Program-made: the position numbers and the translations under genes
Part shown: one piece after another, positions 16,663 through 26,402 of the stretch
Position numbering within the stretch: the stretch's first letter is position 1
How the letters are laid out: the number at the start of each line of letters is the position of its first letter
Notes under the pieces: model-generated
Told to the model about the DNA's origin: nothing
The model's input: only the letters and a program-made list of their open reading frames with translations
Database searches by the model: none
Source of the DNA: a virus
DNA length: 64,000 nucleotides
Strand: one strand, 5' to 3'
Virus record (IMG/VR): IMGVR_UViG_3300050343_000218

Positions 16663-17270
16663 TTATGTGTCCAAGTGTACCATTGATTAGTGGTTCTTAT
16701 TCGCCCTTCGGGATCTCTTGAAGGAATAAAGCAATCGAAAGCTGCAGACACACGAACACCTTCACCTTTGTACGAACGTACAGCGTGGGGAAGAGATGGT
16801 GGGAAGAGGGTAAATTGCCCAAACTCGTTGGGTATATCTATTTTTTCCCCACCTAAAATATATGTAGTAGCTGTAGGATTTTCAGAACCCAAGAAGAGAT
16901 TACCTGATACACTTTGAGGGTTAGTATCGTAGTTATCAGGTGTACCGAAGTGACGATGAGGAAAGATTTTATTATCCATCCTCAAGATATTTCCCCAAGA
17001 TTGATAGTGAACTACCTCTCCTGGTGTCAGTGTTAGAAAGTCAGCAACAATTTCTTTAACACGTGGGAAACAATAATCTTCCCACGTCTCAAGATCGTGT
17101 AATAGATTATAGTACTGTTGCTTTCCTGTGATTTGATCTTCGGGATAATTGAAGATTGATTTGCCAAGACTGATAAGACCAGGCTCAGATTCCAGTAGAC
17201 TTTCACGTAGTATTATAGCAGTTTTTTCGTCTAAAAGATACTGCTTAATACCAAAGTCATCTAGTTTCAA
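16659..17270 (-). CDS. Putative 2OG-Fe(II) oxygenase
   Basis: SWGN...HRH...VSGNLFL...LFPPSLPH...RVSAAFD. Confidence 0.75.
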   Translation of the reverse strand: MKLDDFGIKQYLLDEKTAIILRESLLESEPGLISLGKSIFNYPEDQITGKQQYYNLLHDLETWEDYCFPRVKEIVADFLTLTPGEVVHYQSWGNILRMDNKIFPHRHFGTPDNYDTNPQSVSGNLFLGSENPTATTYILGGEKIDIPNEFGQFTLFPPSLPHAVRSYKGEGVRVSAAFDCFIPSRDPEGRIRTTNQWYTWTHK

Positions 17271-17514
17271 AATTCATTCTCCTGATCTTTCTCTGCTTAC
17301 GATTCTCCTGAAACTGCTTGTCATTTTCTGACAGTACCCCAGGAGTCGTTCCAGCTTGAAACTTATCTTGAGAAACTATTTCAATGAGAGACAGGTCGTT
17401 ACCAGAAATGGTAGTACCAGTAACTGTAGACATATTAGGACATCCACAGCATTTCGTTTCGATAGTATAGCTGGTCAGCTCTTTATTGCATTGTTTGCAT
17501 CTGATAGTAAGCAT
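17257..17514 (-). CDS. Zn-ribbon hypothetical protein
   Basis: CKQC...CCGCPN. Confidence 0.65.
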   Translation of the reverse strand: MLTIRCKQCNKELTSYTIETKCCGCPNMSTVTGTTISGNDLSLIEIVSQDKFQAGTTPGVLSENDKQFQENRKQRKIRRMNFETR

Positions 17515-18324
17515 TTATTTTTTCCATATGAATGAAAAGGGACATTTAGATTCTTCCTCTACATCATCCTTGATCATAGACCAGGATTTATTTGGCAACC
17601 AATTCTTAATACCTTGGTTCAATCTAAATTTACGTTGCACTTCCATAGGGGGTTCAATCCCTTCCCAGCGCTGTAGTTCGTAGCTATTATCTTTAGATCC
17701 ACGAAATCTAACACAGTAAAGAGGGGTGCCACGTGGGACATTCACCTCTGTCTTGTGACAACGATAGGCACCATTGATTGATCTATACCACCTACCTAAA
17801 GGAAGTTCAGCTGTAATCAATTCCATCCCTGTCTTATGATGAAGTTCAGGATGGGGTATCATCTCGACCCAAAGATTTTTATTTGGTTTTTGTGGCCAAA
17901 ACATCATACTTTGCGCCCATTGAATGACAAGAAAGTCTTTAAAGTTATAAGGATTTGAAGACTTCGCACTGTCGTAAGATTGTATCTTACCTTCTTGCAC
18001 AAACATATAGTCTGCACAATTTTCTCTGGGAAAGCTGGTGTCATAGACTAAACCATCTGACTTCTGCCACTTGAATTTTATATCAAGTTGATTGAATACA
18101 ACAAAAGTATTAGCCCAATACTGTTTCCAAGCAGGACACTTGTAGTATGAATTTTTTTGATGTTCCTCTTTGTGATACTCTATGTATTTCTGAGGAGGAA
18201 GATAGTACTCAGGAATGAATAGAGGGTGATGCATATCTGTCTGAGCAGGACTATTAGTTGCTTTGACAGTTTGATAGTTAGGGTTGTAAAAAATCTTAGT
18301 CATTTCCAGAATTTCATAGGACAC
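17515..18324 (-). CDS. Hypothetical protein (CPAW family, paralog A)
   Basis: HPL..PPQ..CPAWKQYWANT..PLGRWYR..RGTPLY..KCPF. Confidence 0.65.
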   Translation of the reverse strand: MSYEILEMTKIFYNPNYQTVKATNSPAQTDMHHPLFIPEYYLPPQKYIEYHKEEHQKNSYYKCPAWKQYWANTFVVFNQLDIKFKWQKSDGLVYDTSFPRENCADYMFVQEGKIQSYDSAKSSNPYNFKDFLVIQWAQSMMFWPQKPNKNLWVEMIPHPELHHKTGMELITAELPLGRWYRSINGAYRCHKTEVNVPRGTPLYCVRFRGSKDNSYELQRWEGIEPPMEVQRKFRLNQGIKNWLPNKSWSMIKDDVEEESKCPFSFIWKK

Positions 18325-19097
18325 TTAGAAGGGTCGTCTTTCTTGAAAAGGTTCCAAGATCCACCAGGCACCCATTGTTTAAAAGCTTGATGTTGATTCA
18401 ATCTAATCTGCAATTCTTTTGGTGGTTTTGGTTCCGCCCATCTTCTCAAATTATATGCGTTGTTCTTACCACCTCTAAACCTCATAGTGTATAGGGGTTG
18501 CCCTCGTTTAATGTTAACCTTACTACCGTGTGCTTTAAATGCAGGATTAGCAGGACGATGCCACCTACCAATTGGATACTCTACACTGATAAACTCAAGC
18601 CCTGTATCGTGAAAAGTATCTGGCCAAGAATTCAATTCAATCCAGACGTTTCTTTCCTTTTTAGGCAACCACATAAAGAGCAGTTGAGGCATTTGAAAAA
18701 CTAGATTGCCTTGATATTGACAACCAATATAACTACTGCTCCACAACACACCGTCTTCATAGATTTTACCTTCATTAATGGTGATGTGATCTCGGAAACC
18801 TTTTCCCTGAAAGTTTGTCTTATTAATAAGACCGCTCTTCATATCATATTCTAGATACAAATCAGTCTGACTGAACACAACCCACGTATTCGCCCAATAA
18901 CTCCTCCAAGCAGGGCATTCATCATAGCTGTGACCCTTATGCTCTTCAGCAGCATAGTCTAGAGCACGCTGAGGAGGGATAAAAGCGTGTTCAGAATGCA
19001 AAGGGTGGTCCCAGATGCAGGTATTGACTCTAGGATCTTGCTCAATATATCCTACTGGAGGATGATAACAAGGAGCGTAATTAATTTTAGTTGCCAT
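18300..19097 (-). CDS. Hypothetical protein (CPAW family, paralog B)
   Basis: HPL..PPQ..CPAWRSYWANT..PIGRWHR..RGQPLY..KCPM. Confidence 0.65.
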   Translation of the reverse strand: MATKINYAPCYHPPVGYIEQDPRVNTCIWDHPLHSEHAFIPPQRALDYAAEEHKGHSYDECPAWRSYWANTWVVFSQTDLYLEYDMKSGLINKTNFQGKGFRDHITINEGKIYEDGVLWSSSYIGCQYQGNLVFQMPQLLFMWLPKKERNVWIELNSWPDTFHDTGLEFISVEYPIGRWHRPANPAFKAHGSKVNIKRGQPLYTMRFRGGKNNAYNLRRWAEPKPPKELQIRLNQHQAFKQWVPGGSWNLFKKDDPSKCPMKFWK

Positions 19098-19098
19098 A

Positions 19099-19647
19099 TC
19101 AAGTGCGGGAGGATCCGAACATCCTCATATCTAAGTCTGGGTCAGTAACGTTTTCGTATTTAATAGCATAGGTGTAGCGAACGTTCTCAGAGAATGGAGT
19201 TGCCCTATGCCAGATAGCACCATCAAAACAAACAGCTCTATTAGGTAAAGGCAATGAACCATAGGTATGATCTTCACACCAGAACTCAGTGCATCCACCT
19301 TCGTTTCTTTCCCAATGATGTTGAGGGTAGTACAACACAGTGTAAGCTTCTAGTCCATCAACAGGGACAGTATCGAAGTGCCATCTAGGACACTCACCAG
19401 GAAAGAATACATTCACATACATACGAATGCAATCAAAGTCTTTTGTCAAGCAACTGAAACTATCTCTAGCAACTTGATCAAACTTTTTATAGATTGGTTC
19501 GTGTTCTCTAATGTTTACCGTAAGACCAGTAGGTCTATCAGGTCTGTCATCATATTCACCCCAACGTGCTGAGGTATTGGAAGCATACAAGTAAGACTTA
19601 TAGTGATGCTTGTCTTCCAGAAAATTGTCTTTTGTGTATAATTCCAT
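19099..19647 (-). CDS. 2OG-Fe(II) oxygenase (prolyl-hydroxylase-like)
   Basis: RMYVN..HFD..TVLYY..GGCTEF..PNRAVCFDGAIWH..RYT. Confidence 0.85.
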   Translation of the reverse strand: MELYTKDNFLEDKHHYKSYLYASNTSARWGEYDDRPDRPTGLTVNIREHEPIYKKFDQVARDSFSCLTKDFDCIRMYVNVFFPGECPRWHFDTVPVDGLEAYTVLYYPQHHWERNEGGCTEFWCEDHTYGSLPLPNRAVCFDGAIWHRATPFSENVRYTYAIKYENVTDPDLDMRMFGSSRT

Positions 19648-19649
19648 AA

Positions 19650-19722
19650 CAGGTCAGGTAGGACTCGAACCTACAATCGGCAACTTAGAAGGTTGATGCA
19701 TTATCCATTATGCTACTGACCC
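19650..19722 (-). tRNA. trnR: tRNA-Arg(UCU)
   Basis: GGGTCAG/CTGACCT acceptor stem, anticodon loop CTTCTAA, GGTTCGAGTCC T-arm; CCA not encoded. Confidence 0.95.
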
Positions 19723-19735
19723 AAAAAAGAAGAGA

Positions 19736-19864
19736 TCAATTGATCTCTTCGTCAAGCCATTCGCTGAATTCTTCTATAAGTGCGATGCAGGATTGAGCGT
19801 CGTTACGCTCTGAGTGATAATCTAATCGCTCGATAATGTACTTACTAATTTCACTCTGATTCAT
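19736..19864 (-). CDS. Small hypothetical protein, 42 aa
   Basis: Hand-translated MNQSEISKYIIERLDYHSERNDAQSCIALIEEFSEWLDEEIN; overlaps upstream stop. Confidence 0.5.
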   Translation of the reverse strand: MNQSEISKYIIERLDYHSERNDAQSCIALIEEFSEWLDEEIN

Positions 19865-20300
19865 AGTAGTCTTTTCGATAGTACCTCCCGAGGATGTTGC
19901 TATTATAGAAGGCAGGGATGCCGTCTGTCAAGCTCTCGGTAAGAACGTTATTAATGAAGAGTTGGCGGGTCTCTTCGTAGTTGACTCGCCCTGGAGTGGT
20001 GTGTAAGGAGAGGATTTCTCTAGCAAAAGACTCCCGTCCATACGTTCGTACATCTTCTGTAAGCTCTGGACAACTTCCATAGTACTTTCTCCAGTTACTT
20101 TCACTTGTAACTCTTCGCCGCTTTGCAGTACCACCTGTATCTCTAGGCTTTCGTTTTTGCCAGAAGTATTTTCTACCGATGTAGGAACGGTTGGTGGTGC
20201 TACAGGTGATTTTGTAGACAAACCCGTAGTTGTCCCCAATAAGAGACCCATCAAAGACGCTCCCACGATACATCCAGGGATTTGGATACGGTTCACCCAT
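19851..20300 (-). CDS. denA: GIY-YIG nuclease, T4 endonuclease II-like
   Basis: GFVYKIT...SYIGRK...ESNWRKYYGS; single catalytic domain. Confidence 0.75.
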   Translation of the reverse strand: MGEPYPNPWMYRGSVFDGSLIGDNYGFVYKITCSTTNRSYIGRKYFWQKRKPRDTGGTAKRRRVTSESNWRKYYGSCPELTEDVRTYGRESFAREILSLHTTPGRVNYEETRQLFINNVLTESLTDGIPAFYNSNILGRYYRKDYYESE

Positions 20301-20309
20301 TTCATAATC

Positions 20310-20747
20310 TTAAATTCTCTCATTGATATTTAGTATGGTTTGGTAAACGTGGATTGTGTTTTGCAAGGGGATGTCAATCTCCTTGTGCTGCTCTATTATA
20401 TTACAATAATCCAACCAGCGCAAGGAAGTCTTGAGAGGTTCATCAAACTCAACACCGCCCATAAACCTCACTCTTCTCTCTCCCCTGGTCTCGCAGAAAT
20501 TGTATACTATTTCCTCTGATTGCTCACCAATATTACGGCGAACAGCTTCTCTAGTTATCACTAAACCAGGTACATAAAATTCTGTACCATATATTGCGTG
20601 AAAAAGACCTGCACGTTGTTCGTGTTCAGGTCTTTTATAGTCGTGTAGTAGTTTGTATACTCCGATAAGATGTGCCAGAAGGTTCCTACTATCGTGAGGT
20701 ATCTGTTCACATCCTATCTTACGTAGGAACTCAATCTCCTTTTCCAT
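20310..20747 (-). CDS. HD-domain-like hypothetical protein (DUF6817-like)
   Basis: PHDSRNLLAHLIGV...AGLFHAIYGTE. Confidence 0.6.
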   Translation of the reverse strand: MEKEIEFLRKIGCEQIPHDSRNLLAHLIGVYKLLHDYKRPEHEQRAGLFHAIYGTEFYVPGLVITREAVRRNIGEQSEEIVYNFCETRGERRVRFMGGVEFDEPLKTSLRWLDYCNIIEQHKEIDIPLQNTIHVYQTILNINERI

Positions 20748-20892
20748 TTGGTTGCCGTAGATAACGATACTTCAATGCAGACAACCGCCAAGCTTGCGCT
20801 AAGGACTTAGGTCCCTTCTTAAGAAGAGTTTCCTCTTCCTCAGTGAGAGGGAACCTTTTGTCTAACAACATTCTGCGTTTCCAATAAGGCAT
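20731..20892 (-). CDS. Small basic hypothetical protein, 53 aa
   Basis: Hand-translated MPYWKRRMLLDK...GPKSLAQAWRLSALKYRY; 1-nt overlap with nrdB stop. Confidence 0.5.
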   Translation of the reverse strand: MPYWKRRMLLDKRFPLTEEEETLLKKGPKSLAQAWRLSALKYRYLRQPNGKGD

Positions 20893-22052
20893 TACAGAGA
20901 AAATCCAGCAAAAGTATCAGCTTTGACATCTTGTTTGATGCCACCGATAAGATAAGACTCAACCTCTGTCTCCTGTGGTGCCACCTGCATACCCTTAGAA
21001 GAGATCCAATGCTCTGTCCAGGGCAGAGGATTGTTGCTAGCAGGAACATCATAAACAGGTTTGATACCAATCGACTTCATACGACGATTGGCAATCCACT
21101 CAACATACTGAGCAAGAAGACGGTCATTCAGACCTAGCATCGATCCATCTTTGAACAGATACTTTGCCCATTCTTTCTCCTCATCAACACATTTTTTAAA
21201 GCAAGAAAGAGTATACTCCTCTTCTTCTTTAGCAATCTCTACCATCTCAGGGTCGTCCCCTTGCTGCCACTTTTTGATAATGTTTTGAGTGAGGACAAGA
21301 TGCTGGTTTTCGTCTCTGGCGATGAAAGAGATAATTTTAGCTGATCCTTCCATAAGTTTGAGTTCAGCAAATGCGAAAGAGCACGCAAACGAGACATAGA
21401 ATCTAATCCCTTCCAAGATGTTGACATTGATAACTGCACGATAGAGTTTACGTTTAAGATCGCGGAGAGTCCACTGCGAAGTGGGAGAATCTTTGAAATC
21501 ATCTCTCCAAAGGTTGCCTGTACCATACTCCTGCGCCGCATTGATGAAGTCATCATAAGCTGCAGTGACAGACTTTGCTCTCTCTATGATTCTAGCGTCA
21601 TTTGTGATGTGGTCAAGTACCTCAGCAGGATCACTATAGACATTCTTAATGATGTAGGTGTAGGAGCGACTATGAATCATCTCCATCATACCCCACACGG
21701 TCATTGCTGACTCAAGTTCGGGTAAGCTACAATAAGGACCAAAAGCCATCCCAGGACCACGCCCTTGTACAGAATCCAAAAGGATCTGATACTTAAGATT
21801 GGAGGTAAAGATGTGCTTTTGTACATCATTGAGTGTCTGATAGTCAGATCTATCTTTCTGGAGAGAGACTTCCTCGGGTCTCCAGAAATAACTGAGCTGT
21901 GTCTGAGTAAGTTTTTCAAACACAGGATACTTTTGAGTATCATATCTTTGAACACCAAGTGGGCGTCCAAAGAACATTGGTTGCGAAGTATAATCGACAG
22001 CATTTTGATTAAAAACGGTCATTCCTTCTACTTTAGATGGTGCAACTGTCAC
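20892..22052 (-). CDS. nrdB: Ribonucleotide reductase class Ia beta subunit
   Basis: FWRPEEV, LLDSVQGR, EMIHSRSY, LEGIRFY, RDENQH; start could be ATG at 22022. Confidence 0.97.
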   Translation of the reverse strand: MTVAPSKVEGMTVFNQNAVDYTSQPMFFGRPLGVQRYDTQKYPVFEKLTQTQLSYFWRPEEVSLQKDRSDYQTLNDVQKHIFTSNLKYQILLDSVQGRGPGMAFGPYCSLPELESAMTVWGMMEMIHSRSYTYIIKNVYSDPAEVLDHITNDARIIERAKSVTAAYDDFINAAQEYGTGNLWRDDFKDSPTSQWTLRDLKRKLYRAVINVNILEGIRFYVSFACSFAFAELKLMEGSAKIISFIARDENQHLVLTQNIIKKWQQGDDPEMVEIAKEEEEYTLSCFKKCVDEEKEWAKYLFKDGSMLGLNDRLLAQYVEWIANRRMKSIGIKPVYDVPASNNPLPWTEHWISSKGMQVAPQETEVESYLIGGIKQDVKADTFAGFSL

Positions 22053-24339
22053 AGTCTTCTCCTTCCGTTTGTAATATTTGTTCTAACAAAGTTTTCTCAT
22101 CAGGCACATCATCTGTTTTGTTGTCGTATGTGTTTTGATAGTAAGAAGTCTTCCATCCATACTTGTAAGTCTTCAGGAGATCCTGTGCCATTACGGAAAC
22201 AGGGACTTCACCGTTATCATAGTGAGCTGGATTGTAACTCCAGTTGCCAGAAATTCCTTGGTCAAAGAATTTTTGGAGAATAGCAACGACTTTGATGTAA
22301 CCATCATTGTCAGGCATATCCCATAGCAGGGTATAGTCGTTCTTGTGCTTCACATACTGAGGCACAATCGTTTTAAGGACACCCTTCTTACTCTTCTTGA
22401 CCGTGAGATAGTCACGAGGAGGTTCGATACCATTCGTAGTGCCACAGACGACGCTAGAGGACTCCGAGGGCATCTGAGCAGTCAGTGTGGAGTTGCGAAG
22501 ACCGTGGTTCCAGATCTCGTCACCAAGTGCTGCCCAATCCATCTTAAGCTCAAACTTTTGGTTCTTGTCATCATAACAAAACTCGTCAATATCAGTCTTA
22601 TATGTATCGACAGGCATAACCTTACGGGAATACTTTGTCTGTTCAAATGCCTCACAAGGACCATACTCTTTAGCAAGTTGCATCGATGCTTCCAGCAAAT
22701 AGAATTGGAATCTCTCTGCCAAAATGTGCACTGACTTGTGTGCTTCCCAAGAATCGTATTTGAATCCAAGTTTAGCAAGGTAGTGTGCCAAACCAATGAA
22801 ACCAATACCTAGGGAACGACGTTGACGGGTGGAGTTTTCTGCAGCTTTGACAGGATACTGTTGATAATCAATCAATACATCCAAGGATCTTACCGACAGT
22901 TCACAGAGACGACGGAGATGATCCCAATCTCTCAGTTTGCTGAGGTTAACAGCAGACAGAATACACAGTGCAATTTCACCGTGACCATCAATATGCTGCA
23001 GAGGATCCGTAGGCAGTGTAATTTCCTGACACAGGTTACTCATCTTGATAGGAGTATCAAAAGAAGAGTGATCGTTGCAATGATCGATATTCATAATATA
23101 GATACGACCAGTCTCAGCACGTTCCTTAAGCAAAGACAAGAACAGTTCTTGAGCTTTGACAGTCTTCTTAGGAATCAACTCGTTAGCCTCAGCTTCCAAG
23201 TACATATTATCAAAGGACTCGCTACCAAATTCCTCATACATTTCAGGAACGTCGTGGGGACTGAAGAGTGTGATGTCTTCGTTGTTAATGAAACGTTGGT
23301 AGAACAGTTTAGAAATCTGAATAGAGTAGTCCAGTTTACGGACACGGTTATCTTCAGTTCCTTTGTTGTTCTTAAGAACTAGGATGTCTTGGATTTCTTG
23401 GTGCCAGATTGGGAAGTGGACTGTTGCTGATCCTCCACGAATCCCATTTTGCGTGCAGCATCGTACAGTTGATTCAAATTTTTTAAGGAAAGGAACAACA
23501 CCCGTGTGTTGAACTTCTCCACCTCTGATTTTACTGTTGATGCCACGGATTCTGCCTGCGTTAATACCGATACCTGCCCTTTGTGCAACATATTTGCCAA
23601 TAGCCATATCGCTAGTAAAGATACTATCGAGGGTGTCATCAGCATCAATAAGAACACAGCTTGCGAATTGCCTAATAGGTGTTCGCACTCCCGCCATAAT
23701 TGGCGTTGGGAGGTTGAGCTGGTGTTTGGAGATTGCATCGTAGTAATCCTTTACGTACTTGAGACGAGTTTCTTTCGGATAAACAGAAAAGATCGTAGCG
23801 GCAATCAGCACATACATCTGCTGAGGAGACTCATAGATCTCCCCACTACTACGGTCCTGTACAAGATACTTATCGGAAACCTGACGGAGACCAGCATAAG
23901 TAAACAGCATATCACGTTCGTAATCAATATAATTATTGATTCGATCCCACTCAATATCATTATAAGCATTCACAAGAGTGCTGTCGTAGACACCCTTCCT
24001 AGCACCATCGAGTAGATGCTGAAAAATATGGGGAGGTTTTCTATTTCTACCATACAACTTCTTGCGAATAGAAATACTAAGCAAACGTGCTGCAACGTAT
24101 TGATAGTTAGGATTCTCAAGGGTAATCAAATCAGATGCAGAACGAATCAAGATATCTTGAATCTGTTCAGTAGTGATACCATCATAAAATTGAATGCCAG
24201 ATTGAATCTCAACCTGAGAAGCACTTACACCAGAGAGTCCGAGGCAAGCTTCCTCTACCATAATATGAATCTTTTCTAGATTCAGTGATTCGGGAAGTCC
24301 ATTTCTCTTAACAACTGTAAGTTCTTCAGTGGGGGTCAT
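22033..24339 (-). CDS. nrdA: Ribonucleotide reductase class Ia alpha subunit
   Basis: ATP cone VVKRNG, FASCVL, SNLCQE, C-terminal CDSC; start at MTPTE (ATGA overlap with primase); uninterrupted. Confidence 0.98.
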   Translation of the reverse strand: MTPTEELTVVKRNGLPESLNLEKIHIMVEEACLGLSGVSASQVEIQSGIQFYDGITTEQIQDILIRSASDLITLENPNYQYVAARLLSISIRKKLYGRNRKPPHIFQHLLDGARKGVYDSTLVNAYNDIEWDRINNYIDYERDMLFTYAGLRQVSDKYLVQDRSSGEIYESPQQMYVLIAATIFSVYPKETRLKYVKDYYDAISKHQLNLPTPIMAGVRTPIRQFASCVLIDADDTLDSIFTSDMAIGKYVAQRAGIGINAGRIRGINSKIRGGEVQHTGVVPFLKKFESTVRCCTQNGIRGGSATVHFPIWHQEIQDILVLKNNKGTEDNRVRKLDYSIQISKLFYQRFINNEDITLFSPHDVPEMYEEFGSESFDNMYLEAEANELIPKKTVKAQELFLSLLKERAETGRIYIMNIDHCNDHSSFDTPIKMSNLCQEITLPTDPLQHIDGHGEIALCILSAVNLSKLRDWDHLRRLCELSVRSLDVLIDYQQYPVKAAENSTRQRRSLGIGFIGLAHYLAKLGFKYDSWEAHKSVHILAERFQFYLLEASMQLAKEYGPCEAFEQTKYSRKVMPVDTYKTDIDEFCYDDKNQKFELKMDWAALGDEIWNHGLRNSTLTAQMPSESSSVVCGTTNGIEPPRDYLTVKKSKKGVLKTIVPQYVKHKNDYTLLWDMPDNDGYIKVVAILQKFFDQGISGNWSYNPAHYDNGEVPVSVMAQDLLKTYKYGWKTSYYQNTYDNKTDDVPDEKTLLEQILQTEGEDCDSCTI

Positions 24340-25328
24340 ACTCGTTTCCATTCTGTTAGTTTTACTTGGGCTTGGAGTCCGTTAAATGTATTAGATTCTA
24401 CCACGGATTGAACTTCAATGCCAGCGTTAACCATATCATTGAGATCTTTCTGTAGTATTGATTTTGGCCAGATGACTACTGGATTTCCTTTGAGGATGGT
24501 TGCTGCAATCTTATCAACAATCTGTTTACTTCGGGGTTCGTTGTCGAAGGCGTATACAAATTGATAATTAAAAGAGCTGAGGTCAACATCGCTACCACAC
24601 ATAGCGATAGCATTTCTAAGGAAATGACTGTCGAATGGTCCTTCTGTGACGTATACTGTTTCTGTTTTGTCAATGTCGCTTAGTCCATATACTTTAGGTA
24701 CATCATCTTCAAGCATTACGGTAACGTACCGCAGCTTATCATTAGGGTTTAGGGAGCGCCCCTGATACCCAAACAGGTTACCGTCTTCATCCTCCAAAGG
24801 AATAACAATTCGAGATTCCTCACTGTCTATACGATCATAAGTTTGCTTCAAAGAGTTAGTCCACTCTTTGAACTTTTCTGCGTAATAGAACTTTGACAGT
24901 GTTTCTTCTGGCAATCCTCGTTTTGTTAAATACGTCCTTGCGGGGTGAAGATTATTTAGGTCCGAGACTAGTGGAAGTTTGATTCTTTTTTTGTTTTTAA
25001 AGACAGGTTTTTTAAAAACACTAGTGTCAATAACCCTTCTCTTTTTGGTACCAGTATTTCTCTTGAATTTCTCAAGATTATACTCTTCCCATAACTGGGT
25101 GTCCTGATCTTTCAGGAAATTATGAAAGGCTTTAGAAGTTCCACAGTTGTGGCATTTGTATACCAAACCTGTCTTAGTAGTGAAAAGGTATCCTCTCTTC
25201 TTGGAACTCCGACGCTCGGAGTCTCCGCAGTAAGGGCACCTAAAATTGTAGAGACCAGACTTCTTGGTACTAAATCCCTGCAGTCTGGAAGCTAGTAGAT
25301 TTACGTACTGCAAATCTAGATGATTCAT
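24336..25328 (-). CDS. gp61: DNA primase
   Basis: CPYCGDS..CHNC zinc finger, EGPFD, DNEPR TOPRIM motifs. Confidence 0.95.
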   Translation of the reverse strand: MNHLDLQYVNLLASRLQGFSTKKSGLYNFRCPYCGDSERRSSKKRGYLFTTKTGLVYKCHNCGTSKAFHNFLKDQDTQLWEEYNLEKFKRNTGTKKRRVIDTSVFKKPVFKNKKRIKLPLVSDLNNLHPARTYLTKRGLPEETLSKFYYAEKFKEWTNSLKQTYDRIDSEESRIVIPLEDEDGNLFGYQGRSLNPNDKLRYVTVMLEDDVPKVYGLSDIDKTETVYVTEGPFDSHFLRNAIAMCGSDVDLSSFNYQFVYAFDNEPRSKQIVDKIAATILKGNPVVIWPKSILQKDLNDMVNAGIEVQSVVESNTFNGLQAQVKLTEWKRV

Positions 25329-25716
25329 CAGGTACAGGAGCAGTCGGTCCTCCGATTATAGCAGAAGGCTTCACCTCAAACAAGGGGGTGATGGTGTTTT
25401 GTATAAAAGGTGTGACAAAGAACACAAGAACTGCGACAGCACCTGTTGCTATGTACATCTTCTTCTCCATCTCATCAATCTTTTTCTTGACCAGCATAAT
25501 ATCACGCTCGCAACCTTTCTTGATCTCGTCAGTTTTCACCTCAAGATCTTTGTGAAGGTTATCGATTTTGAGAAACAAAACGTCATCAATTTTTTCTTGT
25601 TGCGCAAGTTTCTCTTGATGCACTGCCAGTAATTGTCCCATTTTTATAGAATTATCTTGTAAAGATGTTACAACATCTTCTAAACGGTCAAGGATTGCAA
25701 CGCTAACTGAATCCAT
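25270..25716 (-). CDS. Coiled-coil protein with C-terminal TM helix
   Basis: Heptad-rich body then MYIATGAVAVLVFFV. Confidence 0.6.
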   Translation of the reverse strand: MDSVSVAILDRLEDVVTSLQDNSIKMGQLLAVHQEKLAQQEKIDDVLFLKIDNLHKDLEVKTDEIKKGCERDIMLVKKKIDEMEKKMYIATGAVAVLVFFVTPFIQNTITPLFEVKPSAIIGGPTAPVPDESSRFAVRKSTSFQTAGI

Positions 25717-25736
25717 AGCTCTACTATTCGTATATC

Positions 25737-26402
25737 TTAGTTTTGTCGGACGGCAAAATCAATAGCTGCAAGATATGTTTCAGGAGATTGGTTCAGCATT
25801 TGCTGAAATCTAATTTGATTAGCGGGATCCAATGCCTGATGAACAGCAACTGCACGCTTAGCAGAATACTGATCCATCTTAATAGAATTATCACCAACTC
25901 GAACGTCAGCAAATCCTTGGGTGTCTCCAATTTCGCCAGCAGCAAGTTGAGTTGCTGTTGCTAGTACATCATTTTCCATAACAAATTCTTCTTTTTTAAA
26001 CTTCTTAGTTTGATCGGATGCTTTCTTTTTAAAGTCAGAAAGACGTGCCTTCATCAGGGTGTCCATCTCTTTGGTTTTAGATTGCATCTTGCTCTTAGCT
26101 TCGTCTCTCTTCTTTTGGAGATCCTTAGCACGACCAAGTTTCTTGCCTTGCTGAATTTGCTTTTGAGCTCTTTCAGTTTCGCTAGAAGCTTCAGTAATTT
26201 TCTTCAGTTCTTCAGACATTTTTCCTTTTCGATTTAGTAAAACGCGAGAGACGAGTTTACGACCTGCTTTAGTACGCCCATCATAGCGAGCGTTATTCTT
26301 TTTGTATTTAGTACGTGAACGTTTTCCAACAATGACGTGAGCAGGAGGCAATGCAACTCTACTGCCGTCACCAGCTGAATTTACGGGAGCATCCTCGTTC
26401 AT
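25737..26402 (-). CDS. Hypothetical, probable virion-associated protein
   Basis: MNEDAPVNSAGDG, YDGRTKAG, basic coiled coil. Confidence 0.6.
   Translation of the reverse strand: MNEDAPVNSAGDGSRVALPPAHVIVGKRSRTKYKKNNARYDGRTKAGRKLVSRVLLNRKGKMSEELKKITEASSETERAQKQIQQGKKLGRAKDLQKKRDEAKSKMQSKTKEMDTLMKARLSDFKKKASDQTKKFKKEEFVMENDVLATATQLAAGEIGDTQGFADVRVGDNSIKMDQYSAKRAVAVHQALDPANQIRFQQMLNQSPETYLAAIDFAVRQN

Noticed and set aside
19851-20300. GIY-YIG as homing endonuclease
   Set aside because: Single short catalytic domain of endonuclease II type, no DNA-binding extension, not in an intron
19928-20323. 131-aa alternative-frame ORF
   Set aside because: Overlaps the better supported GIY-YIG gene; no motifs
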